From contig JAQTMH010000004.1 of NCBI GenBank assembly GCA_028714495.1, positions 128,232 to 192,231 of the forward strand: a stretch of 64,000 nt of DNA, given 5' to 3'. Positions 45,049 to 55,929 of this stretch are shown here, piece after piece; the first letter of the stretch is position 1, and every line of letters starts with the position of its first letter. The position numbers and the translations under genes were made by a program. This DNA is from Patescibacteria group bacterium (GTDB lineage: Bacteria; Patescibacteriota; Patescibacteriia; JAHIZJ01). The notes beneath the pieces were generated by a model that was not told the DNA's origin, searched no databases, and was given only the letters and a program-made list of their open reading frames with translations.

Positions 45049-45921
45049 TTAAGCCATTGTTCTCAAGGCCTTGACTCGTTCTTCAATGGGCGGATGGGTT
45101 GAAAAAAGATTGCGGAAGCCCTTTTTCCCTCCAAACGGACTGGCGATATAGAGATGGGCAGTAGCTTTATTTGTCCGCCGCATCGGATCTTTATAGCTGC
45201 TGATTTTTTCGAGAGCGCGAGCCAGACCTTCGGGGTAGCGCGTCAGCAAAGCCCCCGAAGCGTCAGCTAAAAACTCGCGTTTGCGGGATATGGCGAATTG
45301 GATCAGCCGGGCGAAAATTGGCGAGAGGATGATTAGAATTAAGCCGACAATGGCCAGGATACTGCCTCCCTCGCGCCGCCGGCTCCCGCCAAACAGGCTG
45401 CCCCGGAGGAAAATATCAGCCAGAAGCGTGATAAAGCCAACACAGATAATAACCACCATCATTATGCGGATATCGTAGTTTTTCACATGAGAAAGCTCGT
45501 GGGCCAGCACGCCTTCAAGCTCCTCGTTTTCGAGCCGTTCAATCAGACCGGTCGTGACTGCGATAGAGGAGTGCTTGGGGTCCCGTCCGGTGGCAAAGGC
45601 ATTCGGTGCCGGATCATTGATAATGTATATCTTCGGGAGAGGCAGTCCTGACGTGATGCAGAGATTCTCGACCATCCGATAAACGTACGGGTTCTGCTCT
45701 TTGGCTATTGGTTGTGCGCCGGCGGTGAACAGGGCGATTTTATCGCCGGAGTAGTAGCTCAGGAAACTTAGGCCGATGGCGATTATCAGAGCCCAGATAA
45801 TTCCAGCATAGCCAAATCTGAAAATTTGGCCCAGAGCCCAGCCAATTGCTCCAACCAGAATAATGAACAGAATTATCAAGACGATACTTTTGCGTTTGTT
45901 GGCAGAGATTTGTTTGTACAT
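45049..45921 (-). CDS. htpX: M48 zinc metalloprotease HtpX
   Basis: HELSHVKNYD (HExxH), 4 TM topology. Confidence 0.85.
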   Translation of the reverse strand: MYKQISANKRKSIVLIILFIILVGAIGWALGQIFRFGYAGIIWALIIAIGLSFLSYYSGDKIALFTAGAQPIAKEQNPYVYRMVENLCITSGLPLPKIYIINDPAPNAFATGRDPKHSSIAVTTGLIERLENEELEGVLAHELSHVKNYDIRIMMVVIICVGFITLLADIFLRGSLFGGSRRREGGSILAIVGLILIILSPIFARLIQFAISRKREFLADASGALLTRYPEGLARALEKISSYKDPMRRTNKATAHLYIASPFGGKKGFRNLFSTHPPIEERVKALRTMA

Positions 45922-46009
45922 AGTGGAGATGAGAAACGGCTGTTTGCCAGCCGTCTCTTATTTAAGTCTGGAGTGCCGCTAGAAATAGCGCGTCAGTTTT
46001 CCCGGTCTC

Positions 46010-46567
46010 TTAGAATTTTACTTCCGGCGCTTTCTTCTCAGCCTCATTTTCAATTTCGAAGAATTCACGCTTGCCGAAACCCAGCATTCCGGCAACCAGA
46101 TTATTCGGGAAAACCTGGATCTTGATGTTGAAGTCGCGGACATTGCCGTTGTAGAAGCGGCGGGCCGCCTGAATTTTATTCTCGGTGTCAGAGAGTTCGT
46201 CTTGCAGTTTGGCGAAATTGGCCGAGGCTTTCAGATCAGGATAATTTTCAGCTACGGCAAAAAGTGATTTCAAGGCGCCTGAAAGCATGTTTTCAGCCTG
46301 AGCTTTTTCACCCGGCTTTTGCGCGCCCATGGCCCGGGACCGGGCTTCGGTTACGTTTTCAAAAACCGATTTTTCATGCGAGGCGTAGCCCCTGACTGTT
46401 TCAACTAGATTGGGGATCAGATCATACCGACGTTTGAGCTGAACATCAATGTCAGACCAAGCTTCATTAGTTTGATTTTTCAAACGGATCAGCCCATTGT
46501 AGACCGCGATGAACCAAAAAAACACTATGGCTACAATTGCGATAATTACCCAGAGATAAATTGGCAT
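46010..46567 (-). CDS. lemA: LemA-family protein
   Basis: N-terminal TM then …GLIRLKNQTNEAWSDIDVQLKRRYDLIPNLVE…. Confidence 0.8.
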   Translation of the reverse strand: MPIYLWVIIAIVAIVFFWFIAVYNGLIRLKNQTNEAWSDIDVQLKRRYDLIPNLVETVRGYASHEKSVFENVTEARSRAMGAQKPGEKAQAENMLSGALKSLFAVAENYPDLKASANFAKLQDELSDTENKIQAARRFYNGNVRDFNIKIQVFPNNLVAGMLGFGKREFFEIENEAEKKAPEVKF

Positions 46568-46694
46568 AATTTTTTACGTTAATTGATTTGACTTAGACTT
46601 AATATTATGTTAAAATATACAATGATTGGCAATATTTCAAATAAATTATATAATTATTAAAGATTACTGTCAAAGGCCGATAAAAGAGACAATA

Positions 46695-49600
46695 ATGAAA
46701 CATGCTGTCAGAACAATAAAAAAGATATTTTGCATCAAGGCATTGTTTATTATTATTGGTTTGGCTTCCGTTATAGTAATAATCAGCGTTATTCCGGGGA
46801 AAGAAGCATCAGCAAGGCCAATTTGCATGCAGACCGATGAGGGGGAAAAATCAATTGATTCTTATAGTCCTGAAGAAGGGATGGTTGGACAGACAATTAC
46901 GATAGTCACTTACGGCTGCTATCTGGATTACGAAAACAATACGGAATTAATTTTGAGAAACCAAAATGACCACAACCTAATGATAAATGGTGTGATTACG
47001 GGCCAAGCGCCACGTCCGGACTTAGGTGCTGGTTATTGGGAAGCAACGGCAGAGTTTGATTTAGCTGGTGCCCAGTCGGGTTACTATGATTACTTGGTTC
47101 ATTGGACTCCGAATAGTCCTCCAGCTGGCAGTTATTGGCATGAATCACTAGCTGGTAATCCGTTTAATGCCTTTACTTCAGCAATAGTCGGCTGGGGCTG
47201 GTTCGGAGCTTCGACCGGAGTTCCGGCCATGGCCTCGCCTGGCTGGGAAAGCCTTAGTTGTTTGAATAGCTATGAAGGACACGAGAGTGGTACATGTGCT
47301 GATGTCGGCGGTATTGATTATGGGGTAGGCCTGACCCAGGGCGCCGGTACTTATCCTCTCGTCGGTCAAGGCTGGCTGGGGGAATACACAGACAATGATA
47401 CAAATCAAGCAAATAATGCTCCCACTGGCTGGGTCACATACAATCCCGCGGAAAGCAGCTGGCCTTCCTCGGTAGACGTACCCGGAACTGTTGATGGCCC
47501 GGTAATGTACCACAGCGACACGGGAATAATAGAGGGCTGGGGCAGGATAAATACCTTGAAACAATATGGTCAGACCCAAGCCTGCGCGACTGAGCTCTAC
47601 CGCAGTTGGGCTGAAACCAGATTTAATCCATTGGTTGTTAATTCAACCAATGTAAAGATGGCCCAAACCAGCGATGGTGTTTTGCATGTTGTCTGGAAAA
47701 ATAACGTTGCGAGTAAAATTTATTATCGGCAATTTAGGAACGGTATTTGGACCAGTCCAATGGTGCTGTCCGACATAGCCAGAACCAGTAATAACGACAA
47801 GACAGACATTTCGATTGATGGTAATGATACGATCCACGTTACCTATACTTATAATTTTAATCAGAAAATCCATCATATCGCTTGTGAATACAGCGAATCA
47901 AGCCAGTGCTGGTGGAACAGCAACAACTGGTGGATTAATAATGATTTTTCTACAGCTATTCCGGAAAATGACCCAACTAAAAATAAATTGAATCAGTCGA
48001 TCGTTTCGGACAATAACCGACTTTACTTATTTTATGAGGGCACCACGGACATTTTAACCCCAGGTTTTGAGGGTATTTATTATTCAAGATCAAGCGATAA
48101 ATATGGCAATGGTTGGAGTGACCCAGTGAAGCTTTCCCAGAATGATGCTCATACTCCAGACTCGGTAATTGATTATAAAAGAAACCTATATGTTGTTTGG
48201 AAAGAGGGTAACAATATTATATACCGTAAGGGTGTTGCGGGAGATCCAGTAGATTGGGAAGACGTTGCCCAAATTTCAGAGGAGGGTACGACTAACAGCA
48301 ATCCTCAGATAGCGGTTGGTCCAGGCGATCCGACCGGATCATATCCGCATATAGTTTATAGCACAAATCGTGCTGGCAGCAGTGAGATATACTATCGTTA
48401 TTTTTCGCAGACAGGCGGCTGGAGTACCGAGGAAAACTTAACAGAAACAGCGGCGCCAAATGACGAATCCGAGCCGTCAATCGCCATTGGCAATGATTAT
48501 CGTGTTCATGTGGTTTATCGTCTTTATAATGGCATCACTAATGATATCCGCCACCGGGAGACGATAGATAATAAGATCTGGTCTACTGTGACCGATATCA
48601 CGAATGATGCCGGGCTATCAACACATATCAAGCCGGTAGCACTGGCTGATTCTAATAACCACGTGCGGGTGATCTCGGAAAGCAACCGCGGTTTGACAAT
48701 TACTAATTCGTCAGATTTACTGTGCGCCAATCCCGGCAGTTGGGGCAATGACTGGGGCTGGATTAGTATGCGCGGCGGTCTCGGAGGCTATGACACGCCT
48801 GAGGATCTGGCTGATTCTCTGGGCCCAATGGCTAGTTGCTTTGGTGATGGAGAAACCGGCGGATGCGATCAAGCGACTCTCAGCTGCAAGGTATGCGAGG
48901 TTGATGAAGATTTCTATACCAGCCCAGATGATAATAATCCTCCACTCTATGCCTGCAATACCTGTACTAAGTGCGGTTTTTGCCGAAACGATCCAACCAA
49001 GTATTGCTCACCAGCCACTGCTGATGCTGACTGCGGCATAGCGGGCGCCGTTTGCCAGTCAAAGAAAGCCTGTCGCCGGAGCGGTACAGACTGTTCAAAC
49101 GGGGAATCCTGCGAGGTGATGCTATCTGGTCCGGATAATACCTGCAACGCGGTTTGCGAGCAGTGCGCGACCTGCAATCTCTGGGGAGTTTCTGCGGTGG
49201 GTGAAATTGGCACCAGCAGCAGCAAATTAATATTTCATGGCTTTGGCTGGTCAGCCGGCGGAATGGTAGCCGTAGATCCGTCTTATCCTCCTGGGACGTA
49301 TGATTCAGGCAAGCTAGAGATTGAAAGCGATATATCGGATAGTTGTCCGAACCCGAATAATTGCGAATGTACTAACCGAGCCCAATGCGTTAGCTGGGGC
49401 TGGCTGGTTGAAGATCCGCCCCCGCCCGCGCTACCTCATTCGCCAAGCACCGGTTACTGCATAAGGTCCGAAACGATGGGTGTGGCGGGAATAAGCGGCT
49501 GGGGGGTTTGCCGGGTTCAAAACTCGTTGCCCAATCTGATAGATTTCAACAAACGGTTGCCAATCACCGAGGAAGGAAATTATTATCTGACCATGTCAGC

Positions 49601-50816
49601 GATCTATGACAGCTCAGCTGACGAACAAATAAAAATATATTTGCCTGGCGGACGAATTCTAAATGCGGTTGATTTAAGTAATCCGGTGACGCCGCAAATA
49701 ATATCCTGCACCTTTTCAGAACAGGTACATTTGAAGCCGAGCGATAAAATTCATCTGGAGACAATCGACAATGGTACGGTCGAAATGGACTACCTCCGGG
49801 TGACCAGCTTGCCAGTCGAGCCGATCGAATGCGAAACCGGCGGACCTTTAACCACGGCTTACAGCAATGAAGTCGGTTTCGGATTTGTAGATTTCAGCAA
49901 TGTGACCGGCATCAATCCCTGGGTTAAGGCAACGGGCGATGTTTATTCCAAAGGGGGGATAAGCGGAGGCAAGGCGCCGGGAGAAGCGTACAATGTTGTT
50001 TATATAGTTGAAACTTCTCGTGAAACAGGCGGCACAATTGAATGGAACGCGAACCCGCTGTATACCAGAGAACAGCAAGGCACGGACATTTCATTGCCCA
50101 CGCCTCAGTCGGGATATAAGAATATTCTGGGTAGATTTGATTATGAAGGAGCCACCAAAGCTCAAAACAACGAATACGCAAGTCGGGTGATTGAGATACC
50201 CGGACTAGCGACAGATTCTTGCTCAGATGGCAGTATTAACTGGAGTGAAATTGACGAATTAATATCACAAAGGTGCGAGGAGGAAAACGACTGTCTTCTT
50301 GACAGAACGATTATTCATATCGGTACTAGTACTAAGTATTGCAGCCTAACCATTGATGAACCCATTACATTCATAAATGGTTCAACTGATCAAAACGGTA
50401 GCGGCACAATAATTGTTGAAGGCGACTTAATAATAAACGAAGATATCGTGTATGATCCAGATACTGACGTCGGCGTGATAACTGAGTTGGCTTCAGTAGC
50501 CTGGGTAGTGAAGGGCGATGTAAAAATAGACGGAACCGTGGGAAATGTGGCTGGGACATATTTGACCATCGGTTGTATGGGCGCTCAGTGCCCAGGCGGA
50601 GGACATGATGGTACATTTGATACTGGCACCAGCGACAGCCAATTGACAACCAAGGGCATTGTTCTGGCTAAGAAGTTTAATTTGCTGCGCACCTATGCCA
50701 GCGCCAGTGAACCGTCTGAATATTTCTGGAATGATGGCCGATTGCAGGCTAATCCGCCGCCGTCTATGGTTGATGCTTCGAAGATTATCCCCACGATTAT
50801 CACGGTAAAACCATAG
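46695..50816 (+). CDS. giant secreted protein: beta-propeller-like repeat region (YY-blade motifs), Cys-rich module and large C-terminal region; possible pilus-associated adhesin
   Basis: ATG at 46695 gives classic signal peptide MKHAVRTIKKIFCIKALFIIIGLASVIVIISVI (the ORF-track start at 46626 is TTG). Repeats such as LHVVWKNN…KIYYRQF, LYVVWKEGNNIIYRKG, PHIVYSTNRAGSSEIYYRYF, VHVVYRLYNG. Cys-rich stretch at residues ~740-900. Confidence 0.6.
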   Translation: MKHAVRTIKKIFCIKALFIIIGLASVIVIISVIPGKEASARPICMQTDEGEKSIDSYSPEEGMVGQTITIVTYGCYLDYENNTELILRNQNDHNLMINGVITGQAPRPDLGAGYWEATAEFDLAGAQSGYYDYLVHWTPNSPPAGSYWHESLAGNPFNAFTSAIVGWGWFGASTGVPAMASPGWESLSCLNSYEGHESGTCADVGGIDYGVGLTQGAGTYPLVGQGWLGEYTDNDTNQANNAPTGWVTYNPAESSWPSSVDVPGTVDGPVMYHSDTGIIEGWGRINTLKQYGQTQACATELYRSWAETRFNPLVVNSTNVKMAQTSDGVLHVVWKNNVASKIYYRQFRNGIWTSPMVLSDIARTSNNDKTDISIDGNDTIHVTYTYNFNQKIHHIACEYSESSQCWWNSNNWWINNDFSTAIPENDPTKNKLNQSIVSDNNRLYLFYEGTTDILTPGFEGIYYSRSSDKYGNGWSDPVKLSQNDAHTPDSVIDYKRNLYVVWKEGNNIIYRKGVAGDPVDWEDVAQISEEGTTNSNPQIAVGPGDPTGSYPHIVYSTNRAGSSEIYYRYFSQTGGWSTEENLTETAAPNDESEPSIAIGNDYRVHVVYRLYNGITNDIRHRETIDNKIWSTVTDITNDAGLSTHIKPVALADSNNHVRVISESNRGLTITNSSDLLCANPGSWGNDWGWISMRGGLGGYDTPEDLADSLGPMASCFGDGETGGCDQATLSCKVCEVDEDFYTSPDDNNPPLYACNTCTKCGFCRNDPTKYCSPATADADCGIAGAVCQSKKACRRSGTDCSNGESCEVMLSGPDNTCNAVCEQCATCNLWGVSAVGEIGTSSSKLIFHGFGWSAGGMVAVDPSYPPGTYDSGKLEIESDISDSCPNPNNCECTNRAQCVSWGWLVEDPPPPALPHSPSTGYCIRSETMGVAGISGWGVCRVQNSLPNLIDFNKRLPITEEGNYYLTMSAIYDSSADEQIKIYLPGGRILNAVDLSNPVTPQIISCTFSEQVHLKPSDKIHLETIDNGTVEMDYLRVTSLPVEPIECETGGPLTTAYSNEVGFGFVDFSNVTGINPWVKATGDVYSKGGISGGKAPGEAYNVVYIVETSRETGGTIEWNANPLYTREQQGTDISLPTPQSGYKNILGRFDYEGATKAQNNEYASRVIEIPGLATDSCSDGSINWSEIDELISQRCEEENDCLLDRTIIHIGTSTKYCSLTIDEPITFINGSTDQNGSGTIIVEGDLIINEDIVYDPDTDVGVITELASVAWVVKGDVKIDGTVGNVAGTYLTIGCMGAQCPGGGHDGTFDTGTSDSQLTTKGIVLAKKFNLLRTYASASEPSEYFWNDGRLQANPPPSMVDASKIIPTIITVKP

Positions 50817-50948
50817 TATTTCATATATCTGGTATCCTAAACATTGAAAAGAGCGCTGATTTCAGACACTCTTTTATTGAATCTTGCAATATTCGCTGAT
50901 TTGTGCTATACTTAATACATCAATAAATCATAATAGAAACAATAGATC

Positions 50949-52070
50949 ATGGGTTTGTTTTCAAAGAAAGAGGGTTATATCGGCATTGATTTGGGTACAT
51001 CCGGTATTAAAGTTGTTGAATTGAGCAATGACGACGGAAAACGAAAACTGGTGACTTATGGTTATACCGAACAGCCCATAAACGTGGTTAAAAGTGATTC
51101 CCAGGAAACTCAGGAGAAGGCCGTAAAGATCATCAAAGAAATATGCAAAAAGGCCAAAGTCAGTTCAAACAGGGTAATTTCAGCTCTGCCGAGTTTCACC
51201 GTTTTTAGCGCGATAATAAACCTACCAAATATGTCCCGGAAAGAATTAACGTCAGCTGTCCGCTGGGAGGCGAAAAAATTCGTGCCAATGCCGATTGAGG
51301 AGATGATATTGGACTGGAAGGTGTTATCAGAGGAAGGAAAACCTAATTCCACTGAGGCTGAACCAAAGGTATCGAGTGGCGCTACCCAAGGCGAGGAGAA
51401 AAAAGGGAAAAATATAAACATTCTCCTGACGGCCGCGCCTCGCAATCTGGTCCAGCGTTATTTAAACATTTTTAAGGCGCTCAATCTCAAATTAGTCGGA
51501 CTCGAAACCGAGGCTTTCGCTCTGGAGCGCTCGCTCATCGGACACGACAAGTCCGCCATCATGATTGTGGATATCGGCGGCTTAAACACGAATGTATCGG
51601 TGATCAGGGAAAGCATCCCGCTTTTGAATCGGAGTATTGACGTAGGCGGGGAGACGATTACCCGGACGATCGCCAACGGCTTAAATGTCGATTTGAATCG
51701 AGCCGAGCAATTCAAGAGAGATTTTGGCATGACCAGCAGTGATGAAGGCGGCCAGCAGCAGATTCCCAAGACGATTGAATTCGTAGTTAGCTCGATAATC
51801 AACGAGATAAAATACTGTTTCAATCTCTATCAGAACCAATCACTCGGCCAAACATCGACCAACCGGGCGATTGAAAAGGTTATTTTGACCGGGGGTTCAG
51901 CCATGTTGCCCGCCCTGACAGAGTATCTATCGAAAGTTTTAAATATGCGCGTTTACATAGGCGATCCCTGGTCCAGAGTTTCCTACCCGGAAGAGCTTAA
52001 ACCAGTACTTCAAGAATTGGGCCCGAGATTTTCCGTAGCTATCGGTTTAGCGATGAGAGAAATTTATTAA
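50949..52070 (+). CDS. pilM: type IV pilus assembly protein PilM (actin-like ATPase fold)
   Basis: …GYIGIDLGTSGIKVVEL…IVDIGG…. Confidence 0.8.
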   Translation: MGLFSKKEGYIGIDLGTSGIKVVELSNDDGKRKLVTYGYTEQPINVVKSDSQETQEKAVKIIKEICKKAKVSSNRVISALPSFTVFSAIINLPNMSRKELTSAVRWEAKKFVPMPIEEMILDWKVLSEEGKPNSTEAEPKVSSGATQGEEKKGKNINILLTAAPRNLVQRYLNIFKALNLKLVGLETEAFALERSLIGHDKSAIMIVDIGGLNTNVSVIRESIPLLNRSIDVGGETITRTIANGLNVDLNRAEQFKRDFGMTSSDEGGQQQIPKTIEFVVSSIINEIKYCFNLYQNQSLGQTSTNRAIEKVILTGGSAMLPALTEYLSKVLNMRVYIGDPWSRVSYPEELKPVLQELGPRFSVAIGLAMREIY

Positions 52071-52078
52071 AAAAAGAG

Positions 52079-53110
52079 ATGCCCGAAATCAATCTTTTGC
52101 AAGATACAACCAGCGAGGACAAAAAAAAGAAGTCGCAAGAGGCTCCGAAAGTTGAATATACCCAGCCGTCAGCTGAGCCGAAAGATAAATCGTCTGAGCC
52201 AAAGCTGAAACGCGGGCCAACTTTTGGCTTTTTGGGAAAGTTATTTTCAAAGAAACCGAAGCCGGAGCCAGTTCAGCCGAGCCCATCAAAAAACCTTACG
52301 CCAGAGGATGTCTCAATACCGAAACAGCCGATATCTCCTCCCGTCCAGCCGGAAACGCCTGAACCACAACCAGACATATGGAAGGCAAATCGGGCAAAAA
52401 AAGAGGTAAATAGCCGCGTGCTTGAGGAACGAGTTTTAAAAAAGGCTAAACCCGCAAAACCGGTCAAAGAACCGATAGCCCCAGGGGTGCCATCCCAGTC
52501 ATTCCTGGACGTAAATTTAATGCCGGATGATCTGATTCAAAGTCTTGAGCCGAAAAGGAAGCTGATCACATACGGCATTGTAACGATAGCCTCGGTGGCG
52601 CTGATTGTTCTCGGCTATTTCGGCCTGAGTTATTATGAGAAGAGTATCTACCGTAAGGTTGAAGACGTCTCAAAAAATATTCAGCAGGTTGAGGATTCAA
52701 TCAAGAATCTGCGGGATAAGCAAAAATCCGCTATTTTGCTAAAGGCGCAGACTGACGAGGTAAAAGATATACTGGACAACCATGTTCATTGGAGCAACTT
52801 TTTCGAAATGTTGGAACGCTTCACGCTTTCTGAAGTAGTCTACGAGAGATTCGCTGGTACATTTAGTAGGGGCACGAATTCGACCTTCTCTCTGTCGGCT
52901 CGCGGGGCAAATTTTCAGTCAATCTCTCGTCAGATTATGGCCTTTCGCGAAGAGGCTAAGGGTTTTATCACCAACGTAGAGGCTAATACCGGCGAGTGGG
53001 TCACCACGGATGAGGATAGCGGCCAAGGCTACGTATCATTTACCATGCTTATAACGGTTTCAGAGGACGTCTTTTATAAGCAGCTGGCGGTAACTAAGGA
53101 GGGCGAATAA
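52079..53110 (+). CDS. pilN: PilN-like inner-membrane pilus assembly protein with Pro-rich N-terminal extension
   Basis: Single TM (LITYGIVTIASVALIVLGYFGL) then coiled-coil. Positioned after pilM. Confidence 0.5.
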   Translation: MPEINLLQDTTSEDKKKKSQEAPKVEYTQPSAEPKDKSSEPKLKRGPTFGFLGKLFSKKPKPEPVQPSPSKNLTPEDVSIPKQPISPPVQPETPEPQPDIWKANRAKKEVNSRVLEERVLKKAKPAKPVKEPIAPGVPSQSFLDVNLMPDDLIQSLEPKRKLITYGIVTIASVALIVLGYFGLSYYEKSIYRKVEDVSKNIQQVEDSIKNLRDKQKSAILLKAQTDEVKDILDNHVHWSNFFEMLERFTLSEVVYERFAGTFSRGTNSTFSLSARGANFQSISRQIMAFREEAKGFITNVEANTGEWVTTDEDSGQGYVSFTMLITVSEDVFYKQLAVTKEGE

Positions 53111-53111
53111 T

Positions 53112-53795
53112 ATGGCTATTGGAAGTCAGCTTCGAAAAACTTTTCTCTACCTAGTCTTCAAAAATCATAAGGCTATCTCAGTGCTGCTGGTCGTGATTGT
53201 TTTTGGAGTGGGAGGATTTAGCTTTCTTTATCCTAAATACCAGAGCATTCAAAATCAGGGGCTTTTGGATTTTGGCAATAAACAAAAGCAATTAGATGAA
53301 CGCCAAACCTATTTAGCCAAGCTCGAGAAAATGGTCGAGACATTTGACAGCATAAACAGCAAAGACGTCGAGGCATTAAAGGAACTCCTACCCTCAAGCC
53401 AGGAAATCCCAGAACTATTTGTGATGGTTGATCAATTTGGTCAGGATTTAGGACTGAAGGTTACCCGGATCGCTATAACTGACCAAGGCAGCGCGGTCTC
53501 ATCAGGCAGCGAGACGGCCGCGGAGACCACTGAAAAAAAATCCATACTCCAGTCAATCGCTGCCACGGCGAATCCAAACGAACAAGTAGGCATAACGGAA
53601 TCAGTGAAACCCGCAGTCATTGGCTCGCTCGGCTTAGTTATCGGTTTAGAGACAAAAGATATCAGCTATTCGAAGTACAAGGAACTGCTCAAGGCGATAG
53701 AAGAAAATATTAGGATTTTTGATTTAAACTCCGTAGATTATGATCCCGGTACTGACTCGCTTACGCTGAACATCACTACCTATTATCTCATTTAA
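53112..53795 (+). CDS. pilO: PilO-like pilus assembly protein
   Basis: N-terminal TM then coiled-coil. Synteny pilM-N-O. Confidence 0.45.
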   Translation: MAIGSQLRKTFLYLVFKNHKAISVLLVVIVFGVGGFSFLYPKYQSIQNQGLLDFGNKQKQLDERQTYLAKLEKMVETFDSINSKDVEALKELLPSSQEIPELFVMVDQFGQDLGLKVTRIAITDQGSAVSSGSETAAETTEKKSILQSIAATANPNEQVGITESVKPAVIGSLGLVIGLETKDISYSKYKELLKAIEENIRIFDLNSVDYDPGTDSLTLNITTYYLI

Positions 53796-53803
53796 TTTAA
53801 TAT

Positions 53804-54112
53804 ATGGCCCTTGTCCAAAAACGAATCAGTTCAAAACGCCTTACTTATTTAGTTGTTTTGCTCATCCTATTTTTCATATTATGCCTGTTTTTTCTTTTTA
53901 AAGATAAAATCATAAAACCAGGGCCGTCAGAAGGCGGCCCGGTTAATGAAACAGGCGACGTGATCCAGCACGATTTGCCGATATATTCAAATCTAGGCCA
54001 GGATGTTTTGCAGGATTCCCGTTTAGAGGAGCTCAAGCTTCACGGCAAGTTTCCGATTACACCAGGAACTTTGGGCCGGTCGAATCCTTTTGTTGAAGCC
54101 GAAGAGGAATAA
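53804..54112 (+). CDS. small membrane protein (PilP-like position)
   Basis: N-terminal TM. Synteny only. Confidence 0.3.
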   Translation: MALVQKRISSKRLTYLVVLLILFFILCLFFLFKDKIIKPGPSEGGPVNETGDVIQHDLPIYSNLGQDVLQDSRLEELKLHGKFPITPGTLGRSNPFVEAEEE

Positions 54113-54163
54113 GCGACAGAGTAGTTCGAGCGTCAAAAATAAAATTAAATATATATTTCCTTC

Positions 54164-55921
54164 ATGGAAACTGCTAAAATACCTAATCCTGCGTCGGGCG
54201 TAAACCTTTTGGATTATTTGGTCAAGCAAAAACTGGCCACGTCCGAGCAAATTGAACTCTGGAAAAAAGAAGCTTGGGTGAGAGGCAAGTCGGTTATTGA
54301 GTTTATCGAAGAGAGTAAGGAAATAAAAGACGAGGATCTGGTAGTAGCCAAAAGCAAGGCCTATAATATTCCAACTATCGAACTTTTTGGTCGGATTGTC
54401 GGTCTTGACGTCCTCCGGATTATTCCAGAAGAGATCGCCACAAACTATAAAATCATTTGCTTCGCCCAAGACGGGAAAGTTTGTAGCATTGGCCTGGTTG
54501 ACCCAGGAAACTATAAAGCGATTGAGGCGGTTGAGTTTATCGCCCGCAAGAATGGTTACCAGATAAAATACTATGCCATCAGCCTGTCTGCCTATAAATA
54601 TATCCTGCGGCAATATCAGAGTTTATCTAGCGAAGTTGAGCAAGCCCTTAAGGGCGCGCCAGCCGGCGAAGAGGTGGTGTCAAAGGTTGAGATTGCGGAA
54701 AAGGGATTTGAAGAGGTGGTTCGGTCCGCGCCAGTGGCAAAAATGGTTAATGTAATATTGGAACACGCAGTCGAGGGAAAAGCCTCGGATGTTCATATCG
54801 AACCCTTGGCCGAGGAAACCAGAGTGCGTTATCGGATCGACGGAATTCTGCACACCTCTTTGATTTTACCAAAAGCTGTCCACTCCTCGATTATCGCTAG
54901 AGTCAAAGTGCTATCCAATCTGAAAATCGATGAGACACGAGTGCCACAGGATGGCCGTTTCCGGAAAAAGTTCGAATCAGGCGATGTCGATTTTCGTGTT
55001 TCTACTCTGCCAGTCGTTGACAATGAAAAGGTGGTGATGAGAATTCTGGATACCTCCTCAAACGTTTTAGATCTTGAAAGACTGGGTTTTTGGGGCAAGA
55101 GCTCGAGGGTAATGAAGGATAACATCGACAAACCCCACGGTATGTTTCTCATAACCGGTCCGACTGGATCCGGCAAATCAACTACTCTGTACGCCCTGAT
55201 CCATCTGCTCAATAAAGAGGCGGTCAATATTGTAACGTTGGAGGATCCGGTTGAATACTACCAAAAAGGCGTAAATCAGTCGCAGGTCAATCCGGAGGTC
55301 GGACTGACCTTTGCCCGCGGCTTGCGTTCCATTCTGCGCCAGGACCCGGATATCATAATGGTTGGTGAAATTCGTGACGCAGAAACCGCTGAATTGGCGG
55401 TTCACGCCAGTTTAACCGGCCATATCGTTTTATCGACTCTGCATACCAATGATGCTTTTGGTGCCGTGCCGCGCTTGATTGATATGAAAATTGAACCTTT
55501 CCTGCTTACCTCTTCGCTGAATCTAGTCATGGCCCAACGTCTGGTGCGCAAACTCTGTGATCACTGCAAAGAGGAAATAATCTTACCGAAACGATACGAA
55601 GACGATGTCTGGCGCTCGCTTTCGACTTTGCCTAAGGAAGCATTGCCCAAGGACTTAAAACTCGTTCGGCCGCTTCGCTTCCACCGCGGCAAGGGCTGCG
55701 TCCGCTGTGAAAACACCGGTTACAAGGGACGAATTTCGATTGCCGAGGTTTTGGAAATCACCGAGGAATTGAAAAAGATCATCCTGGCTGGTTGCGAACT
55801 GGATAAAATCAAGGCGGAATTTAACAAGCAGGGCATGCACTCAATGATTCAAGACGGCTATATCAAATCGCTTCAGGGCAAGACTACGGTGGAGGAAGTG
55901 ATAAAAGTTACTAAGGAATAA
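54164..55921 (+). CDS. pilB: type IV pilus assembly ATPase PilB (GspE family)
   Basis: Walker A LITGPTGSGKSTTLYA, Asp/His boxes, C-terminal CDHC…CVRC zinc motif. Confidence 0.9.
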   Translation: METAKIPNPASGVNLLDYLVKQKLATSEQIELWKKEAWVRGKSVIEFIEESKEIKDEDLVVAKSKAYNIPTIELFGRIVGLDVLRIIPEEIATNYKIICFAQDGKVCSIGLVDPGNYKAIEAVEFIARKNGYQIKYYAISLSAYKYILRQYQSLSSEVEQALKGAPAGEEVVSKVEIAEKGFEEVVRSAPVAKMVNVILEHAVEGKASDVHIEPLAEETRVRYRIDGILHTSLILPKAVHSSIIARVKVLSNLKIDETRVPQDGRFRKKFESGDVDFRVSTLPVVDNEKVVMRILDTSSNVLDLERLGFWGKSSRVMKDNIDKPHGMFLITGPTGSGKSTTLYALIHLLNKEAVNIVTLEDPVEYYQKGVNQSQVNPEVGLTFARGLRSILRQDPDIIMVGEIRDAETAELAVHASLTGHIVLSTLHTNDAFGAVPRLIDMKIEPFLLTSSLNLVMAQRLVRKLCDHCKEEIILPKRYEDDVWRSLSTLPKEALPKDLKLVRPLRFHRGKGCVRCENTGYKGRISIAEVLEITEELKKIILAGCELDKIKAEFNKQGMHSMIQDGYIKSLQGKTTVEEVIKVTKE

Positions 55922-55929
55922 AAATCCCA

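Noticed and set aside
46626-46694. TTG-initiated N-terminal extension of the giant propeller protein (and 1125 for the FN3 protein, 25277 for the PPDK_N protein)
   Set aside because: ATG codons a few codons downstream give canonical signal peptides or conserved N-termini with better upstream SD/-10 context.
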